From IMG/VR virus record IMGVR_UViG_3300044904_000300, positions 32,001 through 96,000 of that record: a stretch of 64,000 nucleotides of DNA, one strand, 5' to 3'. A program made the position numbers and the translations under genes. Positions 16,868 to 27,900 of the stretch are shown piece after piece (position 1 is the stretch's first letter; every line of letters starts with the position of its first letter). The notes under the pieces are model-generated. The model had not been told where the DNA came from and made no database searches. It saw nothing but the letters and a program-made list of their open reading frames with translations. This DNA comes from a virus.

Positions 16868-18267
16868 TGGCCATCCGCACCGAACCCCGTCAAGTCCGTT
16901 TGAATGCGTGCAACATCTTTGCGCCAGGGTTGGCTCAACGCTTGCCCGGCACCTTGGCGGCAACGGTCGAGACTGAAGGGCTGAGTGTTCTCAAATACAT
17001 CCAACAGATCGATATCTATGAGAGCATCTTTGATAACACCATTAGCGGAGCCGTCACACTCTTGGAGAATGTTGGGCTTATTGAACTGGTGCCCATCGTG
17101 GGCGTCGAGTATCTTTGGTTGTCCTTTGAAGTCGATGATAGTGGTGTGAAACGCAAGTTTGAGCGGATGTTCCGTATCATCAAGGCGCAGGATGTTTCGT
17201 ATCCTCGTCATGACCATCGGCTCTTCACACTCCAGCTTTCCACGCACGAGTTCGTCGCCAGCGTGGCCAGCCGTATCTCCCGTCCGTATGATAAGTGGAC
17301 CTGCAAGGATGCGGTGAGCGACATCTTGCAGCGGGACTTGGGTATCACCTCGGAGCGTATCTTGGAAATCGAGGAGACCAACGGAAAGGTTTCGATCACG
17401 CTCCCAAACTACACACCCCTGCAAGCGATCAACTTCTTTGCGTTACTTTCACAGACCAAGGACACCAAGGAAAGTAACTTCGTGTTCTTTGAGACGCTGG
17501 ACGGGTTCCATTTTACGAGTATCGCCAAGCTCATTACTGACGGGCTCAAAGGGATCGCGGACCCATCACACCGCGTCTATCGGGTGAACCCAGGAGCCTT
17601 GACGGGTGGGGGCGCGACGGAAGAGGTCGCTCGCAACTCGATTTTCCGTATTTACCAGGACCAGACCTTTGATACTTTGGTGGATATCGCCGGTGGGATG
17701 CTCCGATCACAGATGATCTCGTTTGACTTTATGGCGCGGAAACTCCAGTATGTTGAGGATAGCCGCTACACCGACACATTCCCCAAGACCACGCATCTCG
17801 CGCCCGGGCCCGTGTATCCGTTGAACTATGACCAAGGCGTCTCAAAGGGCGTGCGAACGTTCACGTTTCCAACCAACGTATGGACCGCGAACGGCGCGTG
17901 GATGCAAGGGAAAGATGACGCCCCGGAACAGAAACTCTATGAGGCTATCGTGTTGCATAACCGACAGATGAAAGAGATTTCACATGTGCAGACGCTTGTG
18001 GAGCTGCCGGGTCACCCAGAAATCCGAGCGGGCTATGTAATGGACATTCAGTATCCCTCGACGCGCCCGATGGCGAACCCAGATGTAAGCCCGAGAATGT
18101 CCACACCAGAAGTCGAGACCCCGCTCTTTAGTGGTCCGCATTTGGTCACTTCGGTGCGACATATGTTCCTCCCACAGGGGTCGGGGCAGTTTGAATACCG
18201 GATGCACCTGAAAGTCAATAAGGACAGCTTCCGCACCAACATCGGTGCGTTCAAAAGCCAGGAATAA
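16867..18267 (+). CDS. Baseplate hub / tail protein (gp27-like)
   Basis: IDIYESIF...ISG, LPIVG.E.L, FVFFETLDGFHF.SI..L, SG..LVTSVRH; located between gp53 and gp5. Confidence 0.75.
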   Translation: MAIRTEPRQVRLNACNIFAPGLAQRLPGTLAATVETEGLSVLKYIQQIDIYESIFDNTISGAVTLLENVGLIELVPIVGVEYLWLSFEVDDSGVKRKFERMFRIIKAQDVSYPRHDHRLFTLQLSTHEFVASVASRISRPYDKWTCKDAVSDILQRDLGITSERILEIEETNGKVSITLPNYTPLQAINFFALLSQTKDTKESNFVFFETLDGFHFTSIAKLITDGLKGIADPSHRVYRVNPGALTGGGATEEVARNSIFRIYQDQTFDTLVDIAGGMLRSQMISFDFMARKLQYVEDSRYTDTFPKTTHLAPGPVYPLNYDQGVSKGVRTFTFPTNVWTANGAWMQGKDDAPEQKLYEAIVLHNRQMKEISHVQTLVELPGHPEIRAGYVMDIQYPSTRPMANPDVSPRMSTPEVETPLFSGPHLVTSVRHMFLPQGSGQFEYRMHLKVNKDSFRTNIGAFKSQE

Positions 18268-18269
18268 CT

Positions 18270-18575
18270 ATGGATAGCCCACAGACATTTCACATCGGGA
18301 TGGACGGGTTCATTTGGTTTGTGGCCGTCATCGAAAGCATCGAGGACCCCGTTAAAGCTGGCCGGGTCAAGGCCCGCATTATTGGGTGGCACGATCCAGA
18401 CAAGGCCGCGGTCGCCACAAATGAACTTCCGTGGGCATATCCGGTGCTCCCGATTTCACAAGCTCGCACGATGCCGAACTGGCGTGTCGGGGATTGGTGC
18501 CTTGGGTTCTTCCTTGACGGAAAACTCGGCCAGCAGCCGATGCTGTTTGGTGTGCTTCCCGCTGTGACGACATAG
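18270..18575 (+). CDS. gp5: gp5 N-terminal OB-fold domain as a separate ORF
   Basis: FIWF.AVIE..EDP.K.GRVKARIIGWH, LPWA, W..GFFLDG...QQPM.FG.LP; ends in an in-frame TAG. Confidence 0.85.
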   Translation: MDSPQTFHIGMDGFIWFVAVIESIEDPVKAGRVKARIIGWHDPDKAAVATNELPWAYPVLPISQARTMPNWRVGDWCLGFFLDGKLGQQPMLFGVLPAVTT

Positions 18576-18584
18576 GAGTTTTTG

Positions 18585-20693
18585 GTGCCAAATTTTGGTT
18601 TCATCGACGCTCGCACCGCCGCAGAACTGCTCCTCGCTCCCGCTGCACCTGCTCGCCGGAGTTCGACGGACACTAGTTCACTCAACTTGGCGCTTGGTGG
18701 CGCTGCGTCTCCGGGTTCGATCACAAGTATGGCGCAGGTCACAGGAGCTATTCGGGGAGTGCTTGCGACCGCCGAAATCTCACACTCAACGACCGCGGGA
18801 TACGCGGCCGCCTTGAACGCGACCTATGCGAACCTCCAGTCGGGGACCGCGGTGAGTGCTGCCGTTGATCCGATGTTCCTTCAAAACTCTGGCGCGACGA
18901 TAAACCTTCCCGGGCTCTCACTTGCAGCATCCTCATACGGATTGGATGCAGGGGTCCAACTTCCAGGGCCCGTGCAGTTCGTGCAGTTCTCGGGGTTGCG
19001 ACCAGGACAGATGCCGAGTGTCTCGATGGCGGGCGCGATAGCGGACCGTAAGAACCAAGTGCAGGGACTTGCAGCTCGGTTCTCCGCGTCGGCCGCGAAC
19101 CCCTCGTCAAGCGGCGTGCAACTCGCCGAGAACCCAGTTCGTTCGAACTATCCGCTACCCATAGAACTGAATGTCCCGCTGTTCCCGCGCTCGGCGACGG
19201 GTGGAGCGGTTGCACAGGAAGACCCGATCATCCAAGACAAAGCCAAGTTCCTGGTGCAGGGCGTCGTGACTGCTTCAGGGAAACCTGGGTTCTGGTCCCG
19301 TGCAGTAACTTCGGTGACTGCTTCTGTTGCGCCAGGGATCAACCAGAAGTTGGGGCAGTCCTTCGCGGATAGTAGTGGTTCCGGTGGGTGGAGTGAGCCG
19401 GCGTCACCGTATGCGGCGCAGTATCCCTATAACAAGGCGACCCAGACCGAGTCGGGGCACCTGTGGGAACTAGACGACACACCGGGTGCGGAGCGCATCC
19501 ACATCTTCCATCGTTCGGGGTCCTTTATTGAATGGCACCCGGACGGCACGGTGGTCTATAAGAACATGCGCGACGGCTACATGCTGACGATGGCCGACCA
19601 GAATGTGAAAGTGGTGGGTCGGTGCAACATCTTTGTGGGCGGGAACACAACGCTGTATTCAAAGGGTGATATCGATATTCAAACCGAGGGCGAGTTCAAC
19701 CTGCAGTGTGGAAAGGACTTCAACATCTTCGCACAAAACATCAACCTCCGAGCGAAACAAAACTTCAAGGGTGACGGCGCTATTATAGATTTGCGTTACA
19801 TCACGCTTCCGACCCAGATCATTCCGGTCATCGGTGGGCTTGCGCCAAGAGTGAATCTCGCTGCGTTGGCTGCGGACTTCCCAACGGGGAACTTCGCGGA
19901 TGTGGTGCAGGAATCGCTCGCGCACCCGTTGGACCAAACTTCGCTTGCAAGCAAACTCCAGTTTCAGTCACCGGAAGAGCAAGCAGCGCAAACCACGGTT
20001 CCCCCAAGTTTCCCACAAAACCCTTTGGCAAACCCCGAGGCTTACACTATTGCGACTCCCGCTGCGGCTGCGTATCGTGCGCGGTTCTTTGATACCCCCG
20101 AAGAGTGCGGGAACTTCTCGTTGTATGCGTCACATATTGGGCTGCAACAGGCGCTTGGTGATATCAGTATCATCGCGGACCCTCGCCAGTTGAGCGGAAA
20201 ACTTACCGGTGTCGTCCCCATAGGAAACGGAAGCGCGATAGCGTCCATCGACTTCCTCAACTTCAAGGATTTCGCGGGGCAGTTCATTTATAGAGGATCA
20301 CAGCAAGTGGGCGGAACTTCCTTTAGCTATGGAATGCTTGTGGATACGGTCTTGGCCGCGGATGTGGTTTCCCCGAAGGCTACTCCTGCAGATGCAGCAG
20401 TCGCGCTTGGCGCAACCCCCGCGGCCCTGGCGCTTACAGCAGAGACAGAGACTTTGGCAGGACAGGGTGTGATCGGGAGCAACGGAGTAAGTGCTGCAGT
20501 CGCTACGGTTCCCACAGAGGTACCCGTCGCCAATACGGTTGCACCATCACCCGCAGCGAATGTTGAACCTGTCGTGGTTCCGACAACTCCGACACCCGTA
20601 ACGGTTCCTATCGATACTTCGCCTATCAGCACTTCAAATACTGGCGGCGGGGGGATTGATAGAAGCTTCCTCGTTCGTCCACAGAAAGACTAA
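18585..20693 (+). CDS. gp5: gp5 remainder (spike/beta-helix part, no T4 lysozyme domain recognised)
   Basis: GFIDAR, WSEP.SPY.AQYPYNK..QTESGH..ELDDTPG.ERIH.FHRSGSF.E.HPDG, then beta-helix repeats. AGGAG-6nt-GTG start, same frame as the upstream ORF. Confidence 0.85.
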   Translation: MPNFGFIDARTAAELLLAPAAPARRSSTDTSSLNLALGGAASPGSITSMAQVTGAIRGVLATAEISHSTTAGYAAALNATYANLQSGTAVSAAVDPMFLQNSGATINLPGLSLAASSYGLDAGVQLPGPVQFVQFSGLRPGQMPSVSMAGAIADRKNQVQGLAARFSASAANPSSSGVQLAENPVRSNYPLPIELNVPLFPRSATGGAVAQEDPIIQDKAKFLVQGVVTASGKPGFWSRAVTSVTASVAPGINQKLGQSFADSSGSGGWSEPASPYAAQYPYNKATQTESGHLWELDDTPGAERIHIFHRSGSFIEWHPDGTVVYKNMRDGYMLTMADQNVKVVGRCNIFVGGNTTLYSKGDIDIQTEGEFNLQCGKDFNIFAQNINLRAKQNFKGDGAIIDLRYITLPTQIIPVIGGLAPRVNLAALAADFPTGNFADVVQESLAHPLDQTSLASKLQFQSPEEQAAQTTVPPSFPQNPLANPEAYTIATPAAAAYRARFFDTPEECGNFSLYASHIGLQQALGDISIIADPRQLSGKLTGVVPIGNGSAIASIDFLNFKDFAGQFIYRGSQQVGGTSFSYGMLVDTVLAADVVSPKATPADAAVALGATPAALALTAETETLAGQGVIGSNGVSAAVATVPTEVPVANTVAPSPAANVEPVVVPTTPTPVTVPIDTSPISTSNTGGGGIDRSFLVRPQKD

Positions 20694-20695
20694 TA

Positions 20696-22594
20696 ATGGC
20701 TATCCTCAACCCGAATACAGGTCGTGTCGTTCAAGGTGTCGCGCAGGGTCCGTGTTCTGTGGATGGAAAGATCGGTGTCGCACAATACGGGGGCTGGGCG
20801 AAATGGTTGTATGACGATACGGTCATCTATACGACAGGGAACGCAGTAGATCCCACAGATCACTCACAGGACCGCATCGAGAGCTTCAATATCAATACTG
20901 GGGCTCGCACCATTCTCACCAATCGGGGCGCCAATATCCTCGAAGCAGGAGCTGGACGCTGGTGCGGCTGGACCGACGGCACATCCGGCATCTTCGGCAG
21001 TCTCACAAATGCTCATGCTGGACTAAAAAACATCGGCCCCGACGGCACAATAGCGATTACTCCGATCTATGCAAGCGGTCTCGGGTGTCGTCTGTATTCC
21101 CCTGATGGACGGGTCACAGAGGGGCCACAGGAGGCGATGAAAGCTCTGCGCGTAACTGGTCCCACCTCTGCGATCTGGACGCTCAACGGGGATATACACG
21201 CTTTGAACGGAAGTGTGCCGGTAGGACAAGCGGGTCCAGCTTACCGGCCGAAGCGCGTTGTAATCGGGCAAGAGGAATGGATCATCTACGAAACGACTAT
21301 TGGTATTGTCGCGCACCCGTATAGTTCGCTGATGGGGTATCGAATCGCTGCGCCCGGGCAAGCATTCTGGGTGGATGTTATCGCGTGGCAGGGCAAGCTT
21401 CGTGTCGCCTATTCATCAAATGCCGCGGACACGCCACAGGGGCTCGTCGTGCGGGATATCGATATTCGCTCCAAGCGCACGGACTTGTCTAAACTCGGGT
21501 CTGGTGGGTACCAAGCACAAAGTCAATCGTTCGTTGTAACCTCATCAACGACCGCGGTTCCCGCATCTCCCGCGTCAGTTATCTTCGCGCAGAATGGGTT
21601 GCTGGAAGACGAGATTGCATATCGTCTCGCGTTAGTAGCGACGAACATTTTGGAGCCCCTGAAGAAGCAGTATCCCAACATCGTGGTGATAAGCGGATTT
21701 CGGCAAACGAACACGGGGATTGGTCAGCACGAACGGGGCGAGGCCGTAGACATCCAGATCAAGAACCAAACGGATGCGCTCTTGTATGAGTGCGCGTCGT
21801 GGATACGGGATCATCTTCCCTTTGACCAGTTGATCCTCAACTTTACAGCACAAGGCGATAAGAAACCTTGGATACATGTGTCGTTCTCGCCCACATCTCT
21901 GCGCTATGATGTGCAGACCAAGGACTATGCGGACAACTTCCACCAAGGTTTAGGGATGGTGATAGATTACACCACGCAGGAAGCCGCGACGATGTTGATC
22001 GCGCAAGCACAAGTCGATGCGTTGATTGCGAACACCCTAACGACACAGCAGGCCCGAGAGACGCGCTCTGCGACCTCTGTGGTCTATGGAGACGATGTGC
22101 CACAGACGGTGGTGCTGGTGTCGAATGCTTCGCGCCCCGAATACATAGAAGTGATCTCCAAGATCACGGACATTATGCTCCCGTATCTGGGTGGACTTCC
22201 CGAGGGAGAAGCTGCGTTTCAGATCCTGCTTCGGGTCGCGTGGCAGCTACGGGGTGAGGGTGTTGGGCTCATCATTACTCCAACCAACTCGCGGGGAATG
22301 CAGATCGCAAGCGAGGATGAGGATTTCTTTGTGAACTATGCGACCGCGAACGGACAAAGCGGGGGCTACAACTTTTCGGGGCGCTGGGTCGGCTATTCAA
22401 CGGGACAGATGTTTCAGATTCTTGGACCTCTTGGGACATTCCTTCCGCAGTGGACCGCAGCGCCAACAACCGGGACAACGAATCCTCCGTCAGCGTCACG
22501 GTGGAAGCCCGCGATAGATCCAGGTTCGCAATATACCACCGCATGGCAAACTGTCGTTTTGGCGCCCAGTTCTAACTCCGCGGTGAACTTCTAA
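20696..22594 (+). CDS. Baseplate-associated protein with a central peptidase M15-like (Zn D,D-peptidase) domain
   Basis: LA..ILEPL, VISGFR, GQH..GEAVDIQ, FDQLIL, WIHVSF; N-terminal beta-rich region. Confidence 0.75.
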   Translation: MAILNPNTGRVVQGVAQGPCSVDGKIGVAQYGGWAKWLYDDTVIYTTGNAVDPTDHSQDRIESFNINTGARTILTNRGANILEAGAGRWCGWTDGTSGIFGSLTNAHAGLKNIGPDGTIAITPIYASGLGCRLYSPDGRVTEGPQEAMKALRVTGPTSAIWTLNGDIHALNGSVPVGQAGPAYRPKRVVIGQEEWIIYETTIGIVAHPYSSLMGYRIAAPGQAFWVDVIAWQGKLRVAYSSNAADTPQGLVVRDIDIRSKRTDLSKLGSGGYQAQSQSFVVTSSTTAVPASPASVIFAQNGLLEDEIAYRLALVATNILEPLKKQYPNIVVISGFRQTNTGIGQHERGEAVDIQIKNQTDALLYECASWIRDHLPFDQLILNFTAQGDKKPWIHVSFSPTSLRYDVQTKDYADNFHQGLGMVIDYTTQEAATMLIAQAQVDALIANTLTTQQARETRSATSVVYGDDVPQTVVLVSNASRPEYIEVISKITDIMLPYLGGLPEGEAAFQILLRVAWQLRGEGVGLIITPTNSRGMQIASEDEDFFVNYATANGQSGGYNFSGRWVGYSTGQMFQILGPLGTFLPQWTAAPTTGTTNPPSASRWKPAIDPGSQYTTAWQTVVLAPSSNSAVNF

Positions 22595-22602
22595 AAGAAC
22601 GG

Positions 22603-22609
22603 CTAAATA
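22603..22609 (+). promoter_or_regulatory. Late promoter CTAAATA
   Basis: 5 nt before the gp25 ATG. Confidence 0.7.
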
Positions 22610-22614
22610 CGAGC

Positions 22615-23019
22615 ATGGCAGACGCAAATTTCCAGAACGTGCGGGAGTATAAGGACATTTCGTTATCGATGGGGCTCAACCCCGTCACGAACGACATTAT
22701 TACTCTCACGGGCGCCGCGGCGGTCGTGCGGTCTATCAAGACGCTCATGCAGACTTATGCGGGAGAAGTACCGTTCTTTCCAGATTTCGCGTCCCGTCTT
22801 CGAGAACTGCTCTTTGAACCGATTGACTCGATTACGACCAGTTTGATAGAAACCGAACTTCAAACGATCCTTGACGCTTACGAACCGCGGGCGACGATAC
22901 AGACGATCACCGTCACGCCAGACCCGGACAACAACCAGTATCTTGTCCTCTTGGAAATTCAGATCGTCAATACTGCCGAGGACGTGACGTTCAGCTTGTA
23001 TCTCAAACGACTCAGATAA
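22615..23019 (+). CDS. gp25: Baseplate wedge subunit
   Basis: YKDISLS...NPVTNDI, AV.RSIK.L..T..GE.PF.P.F.S.LR.LLFEP, YEPRA. Confidence 0.95.
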   Translation: MADANFQNVREYKDISLSMGLNPVTNDIITLTGAAAVVRSIKTLMQTYAGEVPFFPDFASRLRELLFEPIDSITTSLIETELQTILDAYEPRATIQTITVTPDPDNNQYLVLLEIQIVNTAEDVTFSLYLKRLR

Positions 23020-23028
23020 GAGTGATTC

Positions 23029-24921
23029 ATGCCAGCACTTACTAACCAAATCAACATCGGCGAGCTTGACTACGATACCATCCTGCAGAACCTCGTGACG
23101 TTCATGAAGAACGACCCGGAGTTCACGGACTATGATTTCTCGGGAAGCGGATTGCGGCTGCTCTCCCGTGTGCTGGCGTATGTTATTTTTTACCAGAACT
23201 ACTACCTCTCAGCGGCCATCAACGAGTCATTCCTCGACACCGCGCAGCTTCGCAGCAGCGTGGCCGCGCACGCCCGAATGCTGGGCTACGAGATTTCGGG
23301 GAGTAAGTCCGCGAAACTCTATGCGAACGTCGCGGTCCTCTTGAATAACACCGACGCTGCAGTTATCACGCTTCCTGCACTCACGCAGTTTGTGCTCTCC
23401 GCCAATAGCAACTATACATTCTATAATACGCAGGATGAGACCCTCGTGGCTAACGCGGTCTCGGGCTACTACGAAAACTCGAATGTCCTGTTGGTTGAGG
23501 GGCGCCCACTCACGTATCGCTGGACGGTCAGCACCGACCCCACGCAACGTTTCGTCATTCCAAACGCGAACATCGACTATAACACCATCGCTGTTACCGT
23601 GCAGGCGAACGAAAATAGCAACGTTTTTACGAACTTCTATCGGGCAACGGACTATCTCACTATTGGTCCGACCGACCCGGTGTTCTTCGTGCAGGAAAGC
23701 TACGACGGGTACCCAGAAATCAAGTTCGGCAACGATGTGCTCGGGCAATCCGTTCCGATAGACAGTATCGTGATTACCAGTTACTTCATTAGCAGCGGGA
23801 CGGGCGGAAACAGCATCAGGGGACCGTTCAGTATCAAAACCGCGAACATCGCGGGATTCGCAACAGGTGCGACCTACGTGAACGCCAATAGTGCACCAAG
23901 TTCTGGTGGGACTGACGCGGAAACCCTGGATAACGCACGCTTTATGGCGCCGCAAGTCTATCAAGCCCAGAACCGTTGCGTTACCGCCGAAGACTACAAA
24001 GCCATCATCCTGCAGGAATACGGCGAGAACATCGCTGCGATCAACGTCTTCGGGGGCGAGGATGGAAACCCAGACGACCCACTCAACCGACCGAACTTCG
24101 GACACGTCTACATCGTGCTCAAACCCAAGTTGAGCGATACCTTTACGGACACGATCAAGTCCTACATTACGACAAACATCGTCAAACCGCACGCGGTGAT
24201 TGGCGTGATCCCCGAAGTCGTGGACCCCGACTATGTGTTTATCCGCGTCATCACTTCCGTGCGCTATGACCCTCGGCAAACGACACGCTCGAAACTCCAA
24301 CTCGAACAGGCGATAGATGACAGTATCGCAGCCTACGCAGAACAAAATGTCGAAAAGTTTGATACTTCATTCCGGTTCTCCAAGTTCACTCGGGTTATTG
24401 ATGATTCTGATGATGCGATAGTCAGCAGCCTCACGCGGTGCGACTTGGAAAAACGCATCTTCCCGGTGCTTGGAAACTCAAACCAGTTCACGCTGAAGTT
24501 TGGGGCCCCGCTCCGTCGCAACGGTACAGACTCGGTGATCCTCCAAGCCACTTCACATCGGTTTGACTACATCTCGGATCTAGACAGCCAAAGTTACACT
24601 AACTGCTTCCTACACGAAGAGGTCGGAAACATCTATGTTGCGGTGCTTGCGGGCACGGGAGTAGTCACCAAGATCACAAACAGCATCGGAACGGTGGATA
24701 TTGATAATGGGCTGGTCATCCTCACCAACTTTGCTCCGACTGCAATAGAGAACGGGGAACTGGATGTGCGGATTGAGGTGATCCCATCCGTGAACGACTT
24801 TACCCCAACGCTGAACCAACTATACACGCTGGACGAAACGGACATTCAAGTGCAGTTATTGAATGACTTGACCGCAACCGTCAGCGATCAAACAGCCTTC
24901 TTTGCGGGAGGCGTGGTCTAA
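23029..24921 (+). CDS. gp6: Baseplate wedge subunit
   Basis: ELDYD.I.QNL..F, FTDYDFSGSGL..L..VLAY, ESFLDTAQLRSSV..HA..LGY, QNRCVTAEDY. Confidence 0.97.
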   Translation: MPALTNQINIGELDYDTILQNLVTFMKNDPEFTDYDFSGSGLRLLSRVLAYVIFYQNYYLSAAINESFLDTAQLRSSVAAHARMLGYEISGSKSAKLYANVAVLLNNTDAAVITLPALTQFVLSANSNYTFYNTQDETLVANAVSGYYENSNVLLVEGRPLTYRWTVSTDPTQRFVIPNANIDYNTIAVTVQANENSNVFTNFYRATDYLTIGPTDPVFFVQESYDGYPEIKFGNDVLGQSVPIDSIVITSYFISSGTGGNSIRGPFSIKTANIAGFATGATYVNANSAPSSGGTDAETLDNARFMAPQVYQAQNRCVTAEDYKAIILQEYGENIAAINVFGGEDGNPDDPLNRPNFGHVYIVLKPKLSDTFTDTIKSYITTNIVKPHAVIGVIPEVVDPDYVFIRVITSVRYDPRQTTRSKLQLEQAIDDSIAAYAEQNVEKFDTSFRFSKFTRVIDDSDDAIVSSLTRCDLEKRIFPVLGNSNQFTLKFGAPLRRNGTDSVILQATSHRFDYISDLDSQSYTNCFLHEEVGNIYVAVLAGTGVVTKITNSIGTVDIDNGLVILTNFAPTAIENGELDVRIEVIPSVNDFTPTLNQLYTLDETDIQVQLLNDLTATVSDQTAFFAGGVV

Positions 24922-24924
24922 CCT

Positions 24925-27900
24925 ATGCGCCCTTATCTGCCCGGCCAAGACTTCTACAACCTCATCGAGACCGCCGTTCCCGAGGTGATACGAGCGGAAT
25001 ACCCGATGTTTGTGGACTTCCTCAAACTATTTCTCACCTACTTGGAACAAGAGCGAGTGACTGCAAACACAACGGTGATGAGTGAGTATGGTGCGCTGGC
25101 GAATAACCAAATAGTTACTACGGTGTCGCTTGGGGGCGTGTCCTACGAGATGCGGAAGTTCCTTGAATACCGGGATGTGAGCACCACGCTTGACGAATTT
25201 GTGCCTCACTTCTTGCAGATGTTTGCGAAGAACTGGCCACAGCATACCTATGTGACTCCCGACCAGTTCGTCACAACGCTTCGTTACTTCTACACGCACA
25301 AGAGCCTTGAGGAAACCGCGCAGTGGTTCTTCCGGGCGCTCTTCAACGAACATGCGGACCTCTATTACCCTCGCACGGACATCCTCAAAGCCAGCGATGG
25401 AACTTGGTATACAGAAACCTCGTTCAAAGTCGGTGCTCCAGCGAACGGGTACCCTAATACAGATGTCGCGCAATACTACATGGGACAGGTGATCCGTTCC
25501 GCAACGGGACAAGCCCAGGTTGAGCGAGTGCGAACCACCGTCGTCGGGCAGTCCTTTGGGTCGTATCTGTATGTGAACGAACTGCTGCTCAATAAAGATA
25601 GCATCGTTGGGTCCTTTGAAGCGGGACAGGATGTATGGAACCTCAACAGCATCCCTGAAATCCATACGACGATCCTTCCAGGTATCACCGGCGTGGACAT
25701 CCTTGAGGGTGGTGCCGCATACCAAGTTGGGGATATCGTTACATTCAGTCAGGGCCCGGGACAAGGCGAGGGGTTCGGCGCGGCCGCGGTTGTTTCCGCA
25801 GTAGGCAAGGCTCCGCTAAACGGCGTGACGATCAACGATGGCGGCGATGGGTATGTCGTTGGTGACCCGGTGGTCTTTACAAGTTCATCGGGGACGGGAG
25901 CAGATGCGGTGATCGACCAGGTCATCACCGGAAACTTCCTGTTGGAAGACGGGTCGGGGTATATACTCGGAGAAGCGAAACTCACGGGAGATATCCAGTA
26001 TCTCGATCTTGAGGACCGCAGTTTCATCGCGCAGGACCTGACGATAGAGAAGTTCGTGGACGGGACGATTGAGATCGGCGCCGCAGATTACAGCGCAGCC
26101 GACCAACCAGACTGGACTGCCAATACGATCCTTGAGTATGTGTTCGCATCAACGGGACGTGTCGCCTTTATGATCCCTTGGTGTTTCAGGGATTTCAGCG
26201 GGAACACCGCGAATGTGACGCTGGCAAACACGATGTTGGTGGTCGATATGACCTCCAACGCGACCTTTGCGAATAACGACGCGAATGTTTATGTGATCGC
26301 CGCACCGACTGATGCTACCACCACTCGCGCCACAGCAAGCATCACGGGGCGCGTGCTTCTGTCGGAGATCGCTTCGGGCGGGAACAACCGCAACCGGCTC
26401 TATGTGACCAATACGACGATGGGGTTTGCTACGCTGCAGACCGTCAAGTATGAGGGGTCTAATAAGGTTGGAACGGGAGTCGTCAAGATCACTTCGGGGC
26501 TCGCAAATGTCGTGGGTACCGGAACGAGTTTTCTTGCAGAGGTCTCACCGAACGCGCACCTATCTGTATCAGGCGGAACCTATGTTGTGAAGTCCGTTGT
26601 GAACAGCACATTCCTTACGCTCTATACCACACCAGGGTCAAGCGTGACGGCGGCCTTTACTATCGTGCCTACGGGAACCGTGCGCTCGGTTACGAACCAG
26701 TCGCAACAGAACTTTGGGAAGATCCGTCATATTCAGTTCCTCTCACCAGGAAGTGGATACGCTGCGCCCCCGATCACGACCGCGAATGACGTGTTCGCGC
26801 TCGCGCAAGAGGTCTATTACTACGATGCTGGGTCGAACACATTCGTCGCATCGAACGGAACGATCCACGTCTTTAAGAGTGCGAACCTCGTCGCGCAACA
26901 ATCTGCGGGACAGATTACACACATCGATATGACGGATTCCGGGGTTTATTACACGGATGCGAACTCGATTGCAGTCACCGCTATTCATTCTCTGATGGTA
27001 CCGGAAGCACGGGACGCGCAACTCACAGCGAACATCGGGCTGGGATCAATCACCTCCAAGTTCGGTGCGTATCGCAATACCCAGGGATTTTTGAGTGCAG
27101 ACAAGTATTTGCAGGACGGTGACTACTATAACGACCACACCTATGTGGTGCGAGTCGCGGAATCCTTTGACCGGTGGGAGGCCATCTATAAGAAGATCCT
27201 GCATCCTGCGGGGTTCAAGGTCCTCGGAGAGTTTGTCCTCGCGGTAGATGCTGACGTGGATACACAGTTGGATGCGTTTGTCGCGGACGATGCAGTGCTG
27301 GATCTTGAAATCTTCCCCGAGGGTGCAGACATTCAGATCGGCGGCAGCGCGGACATGGAAGATACGAAACCTCCGAGCATCAGCGGAGCGAAGTTTATGA
27401 TGCTTGCGGGAAACGGGGCTCCGCTCTTTTCGTCGGATAGTGGATCAACGTGGAGTGTTCCTACGTTCACCGACCTCTCGCCCACCAAAACGGCACTTCC
27501 TGCGACACTTCGTGGTGGAAATGGCGGCGGAGCGGGCGCGCTGAACTGGGGTACAGGGTCTATCCCGTTTGCAGCGAACACGATGTATTTTCCAGTAGAT
27601 GATGGTGTGGGAAATCTTGGAATTCGTTTGTTGGCTAATGTGGGTGGCGTGCTCACATCGGAGTTTATCTTTGACTTCGCGCTCCTGGGCATTTACATTA
27701 GTGGAAACCCTGCACCAGTAGTTGCTATCGATAGTTTAGTAACGGATGGAACGACGATTTTTGCAAAGTGTGAGACATCCTCAAAAATCTTTATCGTCAA
27801 AATCCCGATTGCAGACCCTTCAACCGCGACACTTTGGGCTGCAGGGTCGGTGAGTTTGGGAAGCATCACAAATGGTGCGGTTGATGCGGACTATACGAAC

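Noticed and set aside
18573-18575. Genome-wide TAG recoding (alternative genetic code)
   Set aside because: TAG ends many intact genes at their expected C-termini (gp33, gp32, gp26, the N-terminal gp17 ORF, paralogs 1-2), and long genes show no other internal TAG.
23227-24345. Long antisense ORFs (e.g. 23227-24345, 31658-32503, 52974-53594, 58342-59013)
   Set aside because: They are shadows of well-supported sense genes with biased codon usage; no RBS, promoter or recognisable motifs.
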